From Mytilus trossulus (lineage: Eukaryota), in the NCBI RefSeq assembly GCF_036588685.1, contig NC_086378.1, positions 85,188,001-85,252,000 on the forward strand: a stretch of DNA of 64,000 bases, in the 5' to 3' direction. The position numbers and the translations under genes are program-made. Below the pieces are notes generated by a model that worked only from the letters and a program-made list of their open reading frames with translations, ran no database searches and was not told the DNA's origin. The stretch's first letter is position 1, and every line of letters begins with the position of its first letter. Positions 12,690-25,900 of the stretch are shown piece by piece.

Positions 12690-15600
12690 CTATTTAGAGT
12701 AATGCCAGTAGTGAACTACGGTTGAGTCAGTTTTCTTTGGATGAGTTCCACCATCACTACTGTTGTTCCTATCATCTTCGTCATCCATCTTCACAGATTC
12801 TTCAGTGACATTCCATCCGCGGACACGCTGGAATCTCGATGTGTACGATAAAGTGCGATGGTATAACACGTTAAAGTCCGATGGTAGAACAGGACTTGTG
12901 GTTAAGACAATGTTTTTTGTGTTGCTGAGTCTTTTTAGATTTCGTTAAAGCGTCACAAAACATGAACAGAAAATAACTTATTAATTAATGGCATACCTGC
13001 AACAGTAGAATATGTTTGTGTCCCTGTCGTATTCTCCGTCTGGCGAAACATCCCCTAATGAGTTAGCATTTGCATTATCCTCGTCGTCCCAGTAGATAAA
13101 GCTTTTGAAAATCCTATAAAAAGACAAGTTATTTAAACGGTAAAGTTTGGTGATCATTTCAAGGAAAAATACAAATCTCTGTTTGCTTAATAGATGTACG
13201 TAATGACTTAGACAATCGATTCAAAGACGAATACATGTATCAGTCACACAAATACTATACTTACAAACCCCATTAGAAAAGGAAAGATTTCATTTACACA
13301 TTAAACAGTTTAGGAACCGTTGCAGTTCCACAAATGACAAATTTAGTCAAACATTTTGATTGATAAATTTTAATGGCTAAGTAAAAAGAAACAAACTTAA
13401 AACGCCGAAACTAGATTGAACAATAGCTATAACTAGTTTTTCATGGTATTTTGACTCCAAAATCGCACACGTCGGTCGTCTTTGCATCCTTTTTCGTAGA
13501 AGATTTGCAACATTATTTTGTTTCAAATGTATATCATAATTAGATTAACGAAGTAAGCTTTATGAAACAACTAACGATTAGATATAGAACTATTTACCTC
13601 GGGTATTTTGCATTTTACTACGAGTAAACGGAAATATTGTTAAACATGTGCTTGAGTTTATATTAAATGGTCGAACAGATTCCTTATTGTGTCGATAGTA
13701 AAACATGACAACACTAAGATCAAAATGAGCGGTGTGATATAAATTTGGAGGAAAGATAGAATGTCTTATCATATTATAAAATGCGCTAAAGGGTCCTGTG
13801 ATAAGGAAAATAAAGAATTTGTATTTAAACGTACAGAGTACTGAATGAGAGTCCTATTCACCTGCTTTATGATTTATTAAGATCTAATTTGTAAACCACT
13901 AGTAATGAAATACTGACATTAGTAATGAATCTGTTATATTCGTAAGGATACTCGCTCCTGTTGTCATTTAATTTTTGTCAGATATTCGTTATCCTCTGGT
14001 TTTATGAATTAACACGTGTTATAAATTACAAATCCCCGCTAAACCATTTTTTTTCAAGTCTTTATAACTTAAGGGGGCTCACGGGTCTAAATCTTTTTTT
14101 TTTAATTTAATATAGGAATTCTCTATATTTTTCTATAAACGAACTTTATCTTATTCTTAATAGAAAAATGAAATAAAAAAAGGGGGTCACCGTTCATTTA
14201 CGCTCACCATCTGCCTTCGAAAGTAGCATACATTTTTGTTAATGTCCTTTTTTTCTGTTGAACTAATAGGAGAAATATCGCTAATATCGAAATAAAACTA
14301 AATTACAGAAATCGCTTAAATTTTACAATTATTTAGTTTATGTACAGCTTATACGAAAACAACAATAAAAAATATAGGTCACCGATGAGTTAAAAAAGAT
14401 ATTTTAATTTTAATGCCAAAAAATGGATTTTTTGCACCAAAGGGAGATAATTTGGAGCTTTTTCAGTATTATCAACATTTTAAAAGTCATCTTGGGCCAA
14501 CACGAATTATTTTTTTGGAATGATTTTTGGATCATATGATAAAGTAACAACTACTTAAGGTAGTAAATAAAATTTGTAGCGAAAAATCGAAGTTTTTTTT
14601 TTCTCGGAAAATCTTATACCCGCCAGCCTCCTTAAGTTTAAAAGTACATATTTCAAAACCCTATGAAATTGACAAGTTTCAGAGAATAATTAACGACCAA
14701 ACTTGCAATAGCTTAAAACTCGAAAACAAACACTCGCTCCCTTTATTTGTATAAAGTCAATTTCTAACACTTTTTAAAAAAAAAGCTTGTTATTTTGAAA
14801 CATAGTAGCGAACATCCTTAATGACAAGGAAACACAAAAAGGGGAGGTAAACATTGCAGTTGAAAATAAAGACTAAACTAAAGTGACAGAATTAAATAAA
14901 ATAAATATAAAAGTATGTGCTATAAAACCTGCAGACAAACCTGAAGGACAGGATCCACCTTTCCTGGCAATACAATAATTTCCACGTGGCCAGGATCCGG
15001 ATCCACTGGAGTTTAGTTTTGTACAGTAGTAAAACTTTGTGTTTCTATTAAAGGTACCTAAAAGAATATAAAGGAAAGTATTTTTAAGCATTATAACCGT
15101 TTATTTTGTATTGTATTTGCTTTGGATATTCTATTTTCCCCCCTTGTCTGTAACTTAATTATTGCATGGTTGCTATTGATTTAAATGTCCCTTCGGCATG
15201 AGTCATTTTACACGCTCGTGACAATTTTTTTAACGTTTATTCCTTGCTTTCTTTTTTGTTATCTATTTAACAATTTCATGAGGGGAACTTACCACTAGGA
15301 GTTGATGATTTAGATTTAGATAGATTGGACAAATTTGAGTGATCACTCCAGTCAAGTTTGTGTCGAAAAATAACGTTAGAGACTTTTTCTCCCATATTTA
15401 GGTGTATAATATTTTCATGTAAAGCAATTATGCTGATTATTAATTCATTATGATTATATTGTTATCTGTAGAATTATTGTGTTATAATGTCGCTTCCGAA
15501 AAATGATTCGGACGCATATTATTTATAAAGTGTTCTCTTTTCAGGTTTTATTTAAGCGTCATTTGTTTTTATTATAATACCAAATGTAGCTTGCTTACCA

Positions 15601-16195
15601 AAGAAGTGATGGCCATTACCTGGAGTAACAGAATTGATATCATTGCTATCTTCATTGCCCTGGTACCTCCATCCATCAGGCCATCCCGATAGACATCCTG
15701 ATTTTGGTTTCGGAAACGAATACCTTCCACCAGGCCAACTTACTAAATTTAGAAAATAGATGTTTTAATGCACAGTTGTACAACTTTAATAAATAGTTCG
15801 TCTAATTCCTTCCTTAAAAATAACATTAACCAATGTGAAATCTGAAAATGTACTTATCGCAATTTAAACTAATAAATCAATAAAATTGATTGATTAAAAA
15901 CTTTTTCTTAGAATACAAAAATTACATTTTTTAATCGATAAACTATAAATTACAACGAACCAATATGATTAAACAGCAGAATTTATCAAATCATTTCGCT
16001 TCACGTAGACTTCAGATATATTTCAAAATATATTAAAATGTAATGATTCACTAAGATAAACGATAGGAAGGCAGATAATAATCTGTGTTTAACAATGTTA
16101 CAATGAATAGTACCTCACATGAATTTGAAAATAGTTCAAAACTTACCTGCACAAGCAGATGCAATCATCAACAACAGAATAAACATGTTTTCCAT
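12690..16195 (-). pseudogene. ApeC/apextrin-like copy 2, pseudogene
   Basis: Exons 16195-16147, 15742-15599 and 15057-14941 are intact. Exon 13113-12997 is 117 nt (118 in the paralogues), giving a frameshift and early TAG. The last exon has lost its acceptor and first ~20 codons (homology only ~12846-12690). Substitutions CQR>FQR, YCY>YWH and DNED>GNED. Confidence 0.88.
14073..14631. mobile_element. Non-autonomous TIR DNA transposon (Kolobok-like MITE)
   Basis: TTAA on both sides. Imperfect TIRs GGGGGCTCACGGGTCTAA / GGAGGCTGGCGGGTATAA starting with purines. Confidence 0.7.
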
Positions 16196-17343
16196 CTTGA
16201 TCTGTTCTCAACTTGAACAAAGAAGCTGCCAAAAATATATTTTATCATATAGTTCACTATTTATGTAGTATAAACACATTTAAGACTGGAGTCTATTGAC
16301 AAAAAAGATCAGAAAAAGTACGTGTTAAAACGATTTTGTCAGACACATGAAATATTAAGTTTTAAATTAGAAATAAATTGTAATTGTTAAATAAAAATAC
16401 AAAATATGAATAACAAACATTTACACCTATTCGACTGCATAACTCAAACAAACGTATCAGTCTCATTAAAATAAAAAAAGATACATACGTTAAGTGATCT
16501 GAACTTCAACAATTGACAGACTGATTACTAGTATACTTTGAAAATAAATGCCATTAAATAATTAGTCTTGACCAATAAAATATCAAAGGCAATTAACCTT
16601 GCTGCGTCAATTTTCAGTTAAAGCACAAGGACAAGTTTTGATTTCTTATTACCTTGCTAGTACTACACCGAAATAGTACTAGTACGGAAAATATCAAGGT
16701 CATAACGTGGCGGATACAGAAGTTCAGCATCCTGTAATAATCACTACATGGACAAGGTACAACTGTTATTGTCGTTATCTTGTAAACATCAATAAATATG
16801 CGCTATTGAAAAATACGGCTTTGGGCATTTTGATACATGCATGCAACCAAATTAAAAGCTAGACATGTATCTATAATGTTTTGAAGGGTTCTATTCCGAT
16901 TACTTTTTTCGGGATAAACATTCTATAATATATATGTAAAACATTTACATGGATATGGTCAGAATTTAAATTTTAACAAATTTTGTATTTTTCGAAATAC
17001 TTTTGATTTTCTATCCCATGATTACATTAATTGTATTTGACAAAATCTTTTGGAAAAGTTGGTCCTCACTGTTCTTTCACTTTTTACTTAATTTCGCCTT
17101 ATAAATTTGTTTATTCAAGCGTCATTTTCATAGACAAAACACGAGTCAGTCTCGCATACACAAATTTGAATCCTGATATCTATTTTCACACAGAGAACCT
17201 TTGTCTGCATTTTAATCTGCTCAAGAAAGTAAAACAAAAATATCGAAATCAAAAGTAAATTCAAATATGTGAAGTCATTAAAACTGGCAAAAACAAACGT
17301 TATCAATCCATGGAACGACTGACTTTGTTAACTTTAACATTAA

Positions 17344-17728
17344 GGTCATGGAACAGTAAGTGTGCTACATTGACCTATAATGATCTAATTTGTTATAAAT
17401 TGTTATTTGAATAAAGAGCTGTCGCTTTGGCAGTCAAAACACATCTTCCTTTTTTTATATATGTCGCAGATTTCGCTTAAACTTTTCATACAACCTTGCT
17501 TCGGTACACTACAACAGAAAATCGAAATTAATAATGCATTTATCTCTTTAATTATTTGAAATATTGCAGAGATATTTTCTTCTAATATGAGTGAATATTT
17601 GTATAGAAAGCACATAAAATCGGCATAAAAACCTATAAAATCTGTTTTAAAATCGCCACATCTCCAATTCTATCCATAGATTTTCTTAAAAAACTATATT
17701 TTGTTGACACATAAACTTTTGTTTTAAA
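17344..17728. mobile_element. Single arm of the TTAA foldback MITE family seen complete at 49338-50138
   Basis: TTAA|GGTCATGGAACAGTAAG start. 17459-17728 aligns by eye with 49360-49625. Interrupted by a short fragment of another repeat. Confidence 0.7.
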
Positions 17729-17729
17729 A

Positions 17730-19504
17730 TAATTGATGCCAGCTATACTTTATTGTAGTTTTAACATGGGTAGACATTATATACGTGATTATTTTTGCCT
17801 GAGCTATAGGTGGACAATTTACATCTCCTGATTCCTCAAACATACCCACCTCTTGACGGTTTTCATGGGAATCAACGCCATGGTGAATTTCATTTGCCTC
17901 ATTATATATCATTTTATAATAAGTATGGTCCCTGTCATCTTTGAACTTTCCAAAAGATGACTTTGTCAAACTAGTTAACCCTTCCTGGCCTCGTCTTTAA
18001 AAACTTTACATTAAGTCCCAGAATACTTGTTTTGTTTGTTTTGTAGTGTTACTGGTGAATCTGTGTTAAAACGCTACTGGCATATAACAGCTGTATGTCT
18101 CCTTCAGCTACAAATGCTTTTTTGTGCATTGTAACATCTTTGCCGTCTCTCATAAGGGTTTTTATCATTTCTGTTATAATAATTTGATGTCGTGAATGCA
18201 TTATCTTTCATTAAATTAACATTACGGTTGTATGATGGAGATGTGAGATGACGGGATATTGCTGCACGTATTCCAACTATTGCTGATTTAAAGTAATCTG
18301 TCCCTTTTTTTTTGTGCAGGCATGGATAGAAAAAGCATAATCTGCCGTTTAATGTGGAGCTTGCAAGTTCCTCAAACTTGTCATTTTATTGGTTTTTCGT
18401 GAACCATTATTTTATTAAGTTTAAGTAGTTATTCACTTAAATGTATGCTAATTTGGAAATGTATATGTCACAATATGATGTTTTAAGGTCTTTTTTCTTA
18501 ATTTTTTTGGTTGACTAGTTTGTGTCAGAATAGTCTTGTCGCAGTACATTATATATGTACGTTGCACGAAATGCAAACATTTTTTGCTAATGAATTTTGT
18601 TTTTCTCATGATGAGTAAAATTAAAACTGAGTGACAATCTTGTTGCATTTATAAATGGATTGAAAATGGATTGGTGGTATATTGGTAATTACGCCTATTT
18701 TTTTTTTCTTTATAGGAGATGGGGTTCGATTCCTAGCAAGGGTCAATCCTTTTTATCGTAAATATGAAACAGTTTTGTCATTTCAGTACAACAGTAATAA
18801 TAGCCTATACTTTATTTTATATTTTATCGTCAGATCGTATGTTTCAATGAAATTATTATATACATGCCTTTTCAACAGGAATGGGGTAGGTACAATGCAG
18901 TTATATAGCAGGAAAAATCATAAAAACAGATAAATATATACAATGATAGTTAATTGTTGTGATGTGAGTCAGTTTATTTACCTCTGAAAAGGCGCACTCC
19001 CCAATCAGTTTGTGGCTTAGTTGTCTCTTCCACTCTGGCATGAGCCAACATATCTATGTGCTCTCTGCTTGGCATTTCTTTGAACCTTTGTTTTTTTAGG
19101 GGTGATTCTGGTTCTAAAGCTGGTTCTGGTTCTAAAGCTAGTTCTAGTTATATAGCTTGTTCTGGTTCTAAAGCTTGTTCTGGCTCTAACATTAGTTGTG
19201 ATTCTTCCAAAGGTTCAAATACTCCTTCAGCAAAAGTTGCTGATGAAAGTCCTTTATCAGATTGTGAGCTTTTGAGCTCAAACTGGTATATTGTGACATC
19301 AGTTAGCCGAGAAAACATTGATGTAACCGATGCATCACATATCTCATGACTGAAGACTCTTTTTGTTTGTCCTGATGAGATATTCTTGATAACTTACTGC
19401 ACAACAGAATGTTGCTGTTTGTAGTGGTCAATAATTTTGAAGTTTTGTCCTTTATGTTCTACATTAAGTCTAATTTTTAAGGGGGTCGTTCTTGCATACT
19501 CCAT
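17730..19504 (-). mobile_element. Decayed Crypton-type (DUF3504 tyrosine recombinase) transposon gene with one intron
   Basis: Manual minus-strand translation: ATG at 19504 ... RFKEMP...TTKPQTDWGVRLFR|gtaaat (18982); then WF...FEELASSTLNGRLCFFY..KKKGTDYFKSAIVGIRAAISRHLTSPSYNR, RDGKDVTMHK, VFWDLM*SF*RRGQEGLTSLTKSSF and MFEESGDVNCP. Multiple stops and frameshifts. Confidence 0.8.
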
Positions 19505-20930
19505 TCTATTTTGTTTGTAAACAAGCAGACGATATATGAAACATGTTTTTCCGAGGGAGGGGTTTTAAAATTAGAACAGCCAACATGAACGTTGGGGTGT
19601 CTAGGTCTAGTATGTCAATTTCGAATTGTAACACATTGTTGTCATTGTAAAAGTATTAGTTACAAAATGTGTATCATTTTAGCGTTTGAAAGTGCTTTAA
19701 GTTAATGAAATACATTAAATAAATACCAATTTCGTTGATAAAAATCATTTTTCTGCCGAAGTCAATATACGCATGTGCAAACTACTTTTATTGGATAATA
19801 GAGCATGGTTTTGTTTACAAAGCTAAAGAAGCACGTCATATTTAAATTGTTGTCTAATAATCAATTTGATACCTCTTTTTTCTTTTTCTCTTTCCCAAAA
19901 CAAATGGCAAAATCATAAGTTCAAACACATCAAACGAAAGGATAACAACTGTCACATTCCTGACTTGGTACAGGCATTTTCTTATGTAGAAAATGGTGGA
20001 TTGGACCTGGTTTTATAGCTAGCGAAACATCTCACTTTTATGACAGTCGCAACAAATTCCATCATATTGTCAACGATTCGTGAACAAAACAAACAGACTT
20101 ATAGGTAATAGGCACCGGCTGCGGTTACATGGAAATGTAACAATAATAAAAATAGTATTGTTACACTGGAGACTAAATTCCGGAACATATGGCTAGGTAC
20201 AGACTTAATTAATTACGAATGTAACAATAATTATTGAACCTATCGTAACGGTTACATTGCGTTAGTATTACATGACATAGTTTGTTGAAAAACAAGTCCT
20301 ATCTTAAAGAAAAACTTTGTTCTTTGTTAAGAATTGGTCCAAATTCTAATTATGAATTTACTATTGTGACGTCATTTGAAAAGACAACCAAGCCTAATTA
20401 TGTCATTTATAAAGAACACAACTTTCTTCAATCTTTGAAGAGGAAGAATTAATTTCGTAAGATGTCGTCTTAAAATCATAACAGAAACAGATTCTACAAC
20501 TATATCTTGGGTATAACGGAATTTTTAACAACCAACATTCAAAAGTTAAATTCTAATTATTAAAAGTTTTACTTCTCAACCATCTCAAGTAAAGAACTAT
20601 TTCAACAACATTGATGCAGAGGTCAAATTTGTATGTAAAAGGCAGAAAAGTAAAATTTAATGATTCTTTTGCAGGAGGACAAAGATATACTGAACCATTC
20701 CGAATTCCAGCCTTTTTTCTATAGGTTTTATCATTTTTGAAAACTGTTAGGCATAGAGTCAAATATTTTTTGTACTCAATTATAGATAATCATAAATGCA
20801 TTTAAAAGACAGGGAAAATGAAGGAAATTGACTTATATACAATCATTTCTATATTTTCTAGTATAGTCCACCATCGATTTCATGTATGACTGTCGCATAA
20901 AATTTCATTAAATCGACAACAATGCGTGAG

Positions 20931-22147
20931 GAAAACAAACAGCCATAATAGGTTAAAACGTCAATCGTAGGGGTACAGCAGTCAACAGCAAAACAAACAG
21001 CCATACTAGGTTAAAACGTCAATCGTAGGGGTACAGCAGTCAACAGCAAAACAAACAGCCATACTAGGTTAAAACGTCAATCGTAGGGGTACAGCAGTCA
21101 ACAGCAAAACAAACAGCCATACTAGGTTAAAACGTCAATCGTAGGGGTACAGCAGTCAACAGCAAAACAAACAGCTATACTAGGTTAAAACGTCAATCGT
21201 AGGGGTACAGCAGTCAACAGCAAAACAAACAGCCATACTAGGTTAAAACGTCAATCGTAGGGGTACAGCAGTCAACAGCAAAACAAACAGCCATACTAGG
21301 TTAAAACGTCAATCGTAGGGGTACAGCAGTCAACAGCAAAACAAACAGCCATACTAGGTTAAAACGTCAATCGTAGGGGTACAGCAGTCAACAGCAAAAC
21401 AAACAGCCATACTAGGTTAAAACGTCAATCGTAGGGGTACAGCAGTCAACAGCAAAACAAACAGCCATACTAGGTTAAAACGTCAATCGTAGGGGTACAG
21501 CAGTCAACAGCAAAACAAACAGCCATACTAGGTTAAAACGTCAATCGTAGGGGTACAGCAGTCAACAACAAAACAAACAGCCATACTAGGTTAAAACGTC
21601 AATCGTAGGGGTACAGCAGTCAACAGCAAAACAAACAGCCATACTAGGTTAAAACGTCAATCGTAGGGGTACAGCAGTCAACAGCAAAACAAACAGCCAT
21701 ACTAGGTCAAAACGTCAATCGTAGGGGTACAGCAGTCAACAGCAAAACAAACAGCCATACTAGGTTAAAACGTCAATCGTAGGGGTACAGCAGTCAACAG
21801 CAAAACAAACAGCCATACTAGGTTAAAACGTCAATCGTAGGGGTACAGCAGTCAACAGCAAAACAAACAGCCATACTAGGTTAAAACGTCAATCGTAGGG
21901 GTACAGCAGTCAACAGCAAAACAAACAGCCATACTAGGTTAAAACGTCAATCGTAGGGGTACAGCAGTCAACAGCAAAACAAACAGCCATACTAGGTTAA
22001 AACGTCAATCTTAGGGTTACAGCAGTCAACAGCAAAACAAACAGCCATACTAGGTTAAAACGTCAATCGTAGGGGTACAGCAGTCAACAGCAAAACAAAC
22101 AGCCATACTAGGTTAAAACGTCAATCTTAGGGTTACAGCAGTCAACA
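20931..22147 (+). repeat. Tandem array of ~21 x 58 bp (minisatellite/nascent satellite)
   Basis: Unit CAAAACAAACAGCCATACTAGGTTAAAACGTCAATCGTAGGGGTACAGCAGTCAACAG, nearly identical copies, no spacers. Confidence 0.97.
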
Positions 22148-22937
22148 TTTTAATATAATATTAATCACTGTAAAAAATAAATAAATGCTACAACAAAATA
22201 TCCCCAAAAGAAAATGGCATGAAAAAAAAACTGGCTTGAAAAAGAAAAATCGTTTATATCATGTGCCTCTTTTTTTCATTCAAATTGATAGCTTATCATC
22301 TTAATACAGATTTTAAGAGCAATAAACAAAATATACGAAAGTTAAATTTTCACGTTCACGCCAATTTTTTATATGACGTTATCACTCTTCTTACAGATAG
22401 ATATTCCCCATTTCCATCCTGATTTTTATCTATTTTTCCCAGTTTGATAATGACAGAACAAAGTTTAGATCAAAACAAAAGATACAACTTTTATTGCGAT
22501 GGTTGTTCACTTTTCTGTGCGTAACTATGTTCCATACAAATAGAGGAGAAACAGTTTAAGCGTTTAAAACTCTTAAAGGTCAGGCATCGAGATTGAATCT
22601 CAATATCATTGTTTCAACTTCTTTATATCAGACTCATAACTTTTCACAAGTTAATCATTTGCACTGCACCATTTTAGTAAGACTAAAAACAATTTGAATG
22701 ATTGATGACCGCTAAACTGCCAGTGGCAAAATAATAGCAAGAAATTTAATATTTATATATTTTTTAATGCACAGAAACATACTAAAACAAATTTCTCAAC
22801 AAGTCCAACAAGAAATCAACCTATAAAGTACTAATACTTAAACCAATCAAAGAAGTAAAGATTGAATGTAAGAATAAAAAGTGTCATTCTGTTGACGGAT
22901 CGTTGTCTGAAGGATTCCAATAAAGTATGTGTTACTA

Positions 22938-25900
22938 CTAAGAATAATAACAGTAGTGAACTATGGTTGTGTCAGTTTTCTTTGGATGATGTCCACCATC
23001 ACTGCTGTTGTTTCTGTCATCTTCGTCGTCCATCTTGATTGTTTCCTCTACGACATTCATTCCACGTACACGTTGGCATGTTGATGTGTACTTGTACAAA
23101 TAAAAAGGCTGGTATGTTGGTCGGGTCATACTAATGTAGGCAGATCTATCAGACCTATTTAAAATAATGTAGAAACCATGTACTGATCATTTATCTTACC
23201 TTTCTAGGAATATTAATGGTTAGATAGAAGTGTTACATTTCTTTATTAAAAACACAGACAGCGTCGGTTGGTTGGGTTAAATCAGAACAATTCACCCGAC
23301 CATCAGATGTGCACATTAATTACGAACAATTGAAAACAAAGGAAGAAAAGGCTAACCAGTTGTTATTTTGGGAATTTTACGTTGATATTGAAGACTTGAT
23401 CACTGTTGTAAGCCATATGTCAAAATGTCATACGTTAAGATGGTCGGTTAGATAAATTCGTTGCACATCATGTTAGTGACCCAATACGATATATATCATT
23501 TAGGTCACTAGGAAACTGTGTAATTAATAATATATTTAATCATGTTCAAATTTGACATATATCTGAACATGAACCTGTGTACCTGCTTTCCGTTGCTAAA
23601 CAAATACCAGTATTTTGAAATCGTGTTATATCCATAAAGATGTCAATTTCTTTTTAATATGTTTTTCCCATTAACTCTTCTTATATGTGCGTAATTGTAA
23701 GATGATTACATGGAATATATTAATATTTGTAATATAACTGTTTATATATAAAAAAAAAAAAGAAGGTGTGGTATGATTGCCAATGAGACAACTATCCACA
23801 AAAGACAAAAATGACAAAGACATTAACAACTATAGGTCACCGTACGGCCTTCAACAATCAATGAGCAAAGTTCAAAGCCCATGAAGCTACAGGTAGCAGT
23901 TGTTTGAAAATCAGAAGGTACGCATTGCATTTTTCGCTTAATGCGTCCAAAAAATGTTAAACAATAAATCTTAATAGTGTTGTAAAACACACTATTAGAA
24001 AAAAGACCTGCAAGTTTATTTTTTCTTGCGCAAGTTGACTGTTAAAAAGAGGAAATTATCTTTATTCAGTAATCAATATTAAAACATTGATAAATATTAT
24101 AGTATTAACGCGAATTAACGTTATTAGGCCTTGTATCTTAAAACAGGTGATAAACACGTTTAACATGTACAAATATTATCCATTGTCAACAAAATCTTAG
24201 ATTTCCAAAATCTTTAAGATATGTTGACAGGATACTCTGGAAGGGACAAAGTCGATGTTCTCAGATCAGGTTTCATGAAAATCAGGAAAGAATATTCAAA
24301 ATACGATGCTTAACCATTTTTGAATATATTTACAAACAATATAGTTGTATATTCTGGAACTCATTTCAATGTTGTTTTTTTTTAAAATTACACTCAAATA
24401 GTATGAACGTCAAAGCTTGATATATTAAAGGGAGTTCTCAGTTTCAAAACACTGGTTTATATTGATAAGAGATAAATAGAGGAAATAAAAGAGCAAAATA
24501 GATATATAGGTCACTGTGCTTATTTTCTAGATATTAGCCATTGACATTTTTGAGGGAAAATATTCTCTTTTGACTTTTCATAGCTTTATCATTGACAAGT
24601 TTAAGTTCTCAAAAACTATTTAAACATAATTAAAATTTTATAAGACTTTTACCGATGGCTAATCAATATAAAGGTGAACGATTAATAAATAGAAAAATGG
24701 GGGTTAATGGGCTAATTTTTATAAGGCATTCAAATGGTTAAAACCAGAGGATGCCAGAAATCACAAAACATGACAAGAGAGCTACCTAAATATGTGTATA
24801 AAATTAACAACAAATAAATAAAAAAAAACAAGCACATACTATTAGATATGTCTCATTTTTGCTGTAGTAATTTTGTTGGTATACTGTAAACGTAATAACA
24901 CAAACTGTCAATAGTTAGGCATGTTCAATAAGCAAAACATCCATTAACCCGTACCGAGTGTACAGGGCCGAACATATTCGATATCATCTGTCAAACGGTT
25001 ATTCCAAAACGGTCAACTAACTCGTGATGGCGTCCGTAAAATTTACTAAGGGATGGTGTCAACGTCACTATTTGGAATTCTTGGTAAAATAGCTTACTCG
25101 TGAGCAGCAATCCTCTATCAAAGAAATCATGATAGGAAATACAAGCCCAGGAATGTCATATCATTTTGGAATATATATGTAAATATATGTATCTTGAAAC
25201 TTTGATTAATTCCATGTGGAGAACTGTTTTGAACTGTGCAAGTAAAAGTATGAATAAGCCAGGAGAGGAGTTATGTTCATATTTGCTTTTAAGGATATAT
25301 ATTGAATTTTCCATGATTTATATTTCTTGCCAGATGAAATAATTTTGCTTTTGAACACAGAGGATGGTCTTAAAGATATAACCAACACAAGAATCGAGAT
25401 AAAGTTTAAGACTTCAAAATGGACAATAACAAGATTCCTTTTATAGCGATGACTTTACATCTAGTGTTTGTTTATTAAAAGCAAGCTTCAAATGGATATT
25501 CATGTTATATTCTTCAATCCATAGAGCATATTATGTGTGGTACATATAAAACAGATGGTGAAGAAGATTATGGAACATGTTGTGTTTTAATTTTTGTTCA
25601 AACAGAGACATGTTTCTGGTTCAAATGAACAAGAAATCTAAACAAAGAAATCTTACACATCTAAATGTATAGAAAAGCTAAGGATTGACAATTAGAACAA
25701 AAATTTTGAGTATTTGGTGTAATTTTCTCATAGAAAAAAAGAAAAGGGAATAAAAAAACATAATGGTAGCTGTTCAAAAAAAATCTGAAAAAGGGACATT
25801 ACCTGGCCTCACGGTCATAAAACTTTCAAGCATGATTTTTGTACTCAGACTCGAAAATCAACCAATCAAATTGCTGGATTTCATGTTTCGAGCATGCTTT

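Noticed and set aside
19056-19349. Ser/Gly-rich 97-aa plus-strand ORF
   Set aside because: Antisense shadow of the Crypton N-terminal exon (EPEQAL repeats) on the minus strand.
19372-19400. CTGATGAG as another hammerhead core
   Set aside because: No stem II/GAAA following; chance match.
20931-22147. CRISPR array
   Set aside because: Units are contiguous and identical with no unique spacers, there are no cas genes, and the context is eukaryotic.
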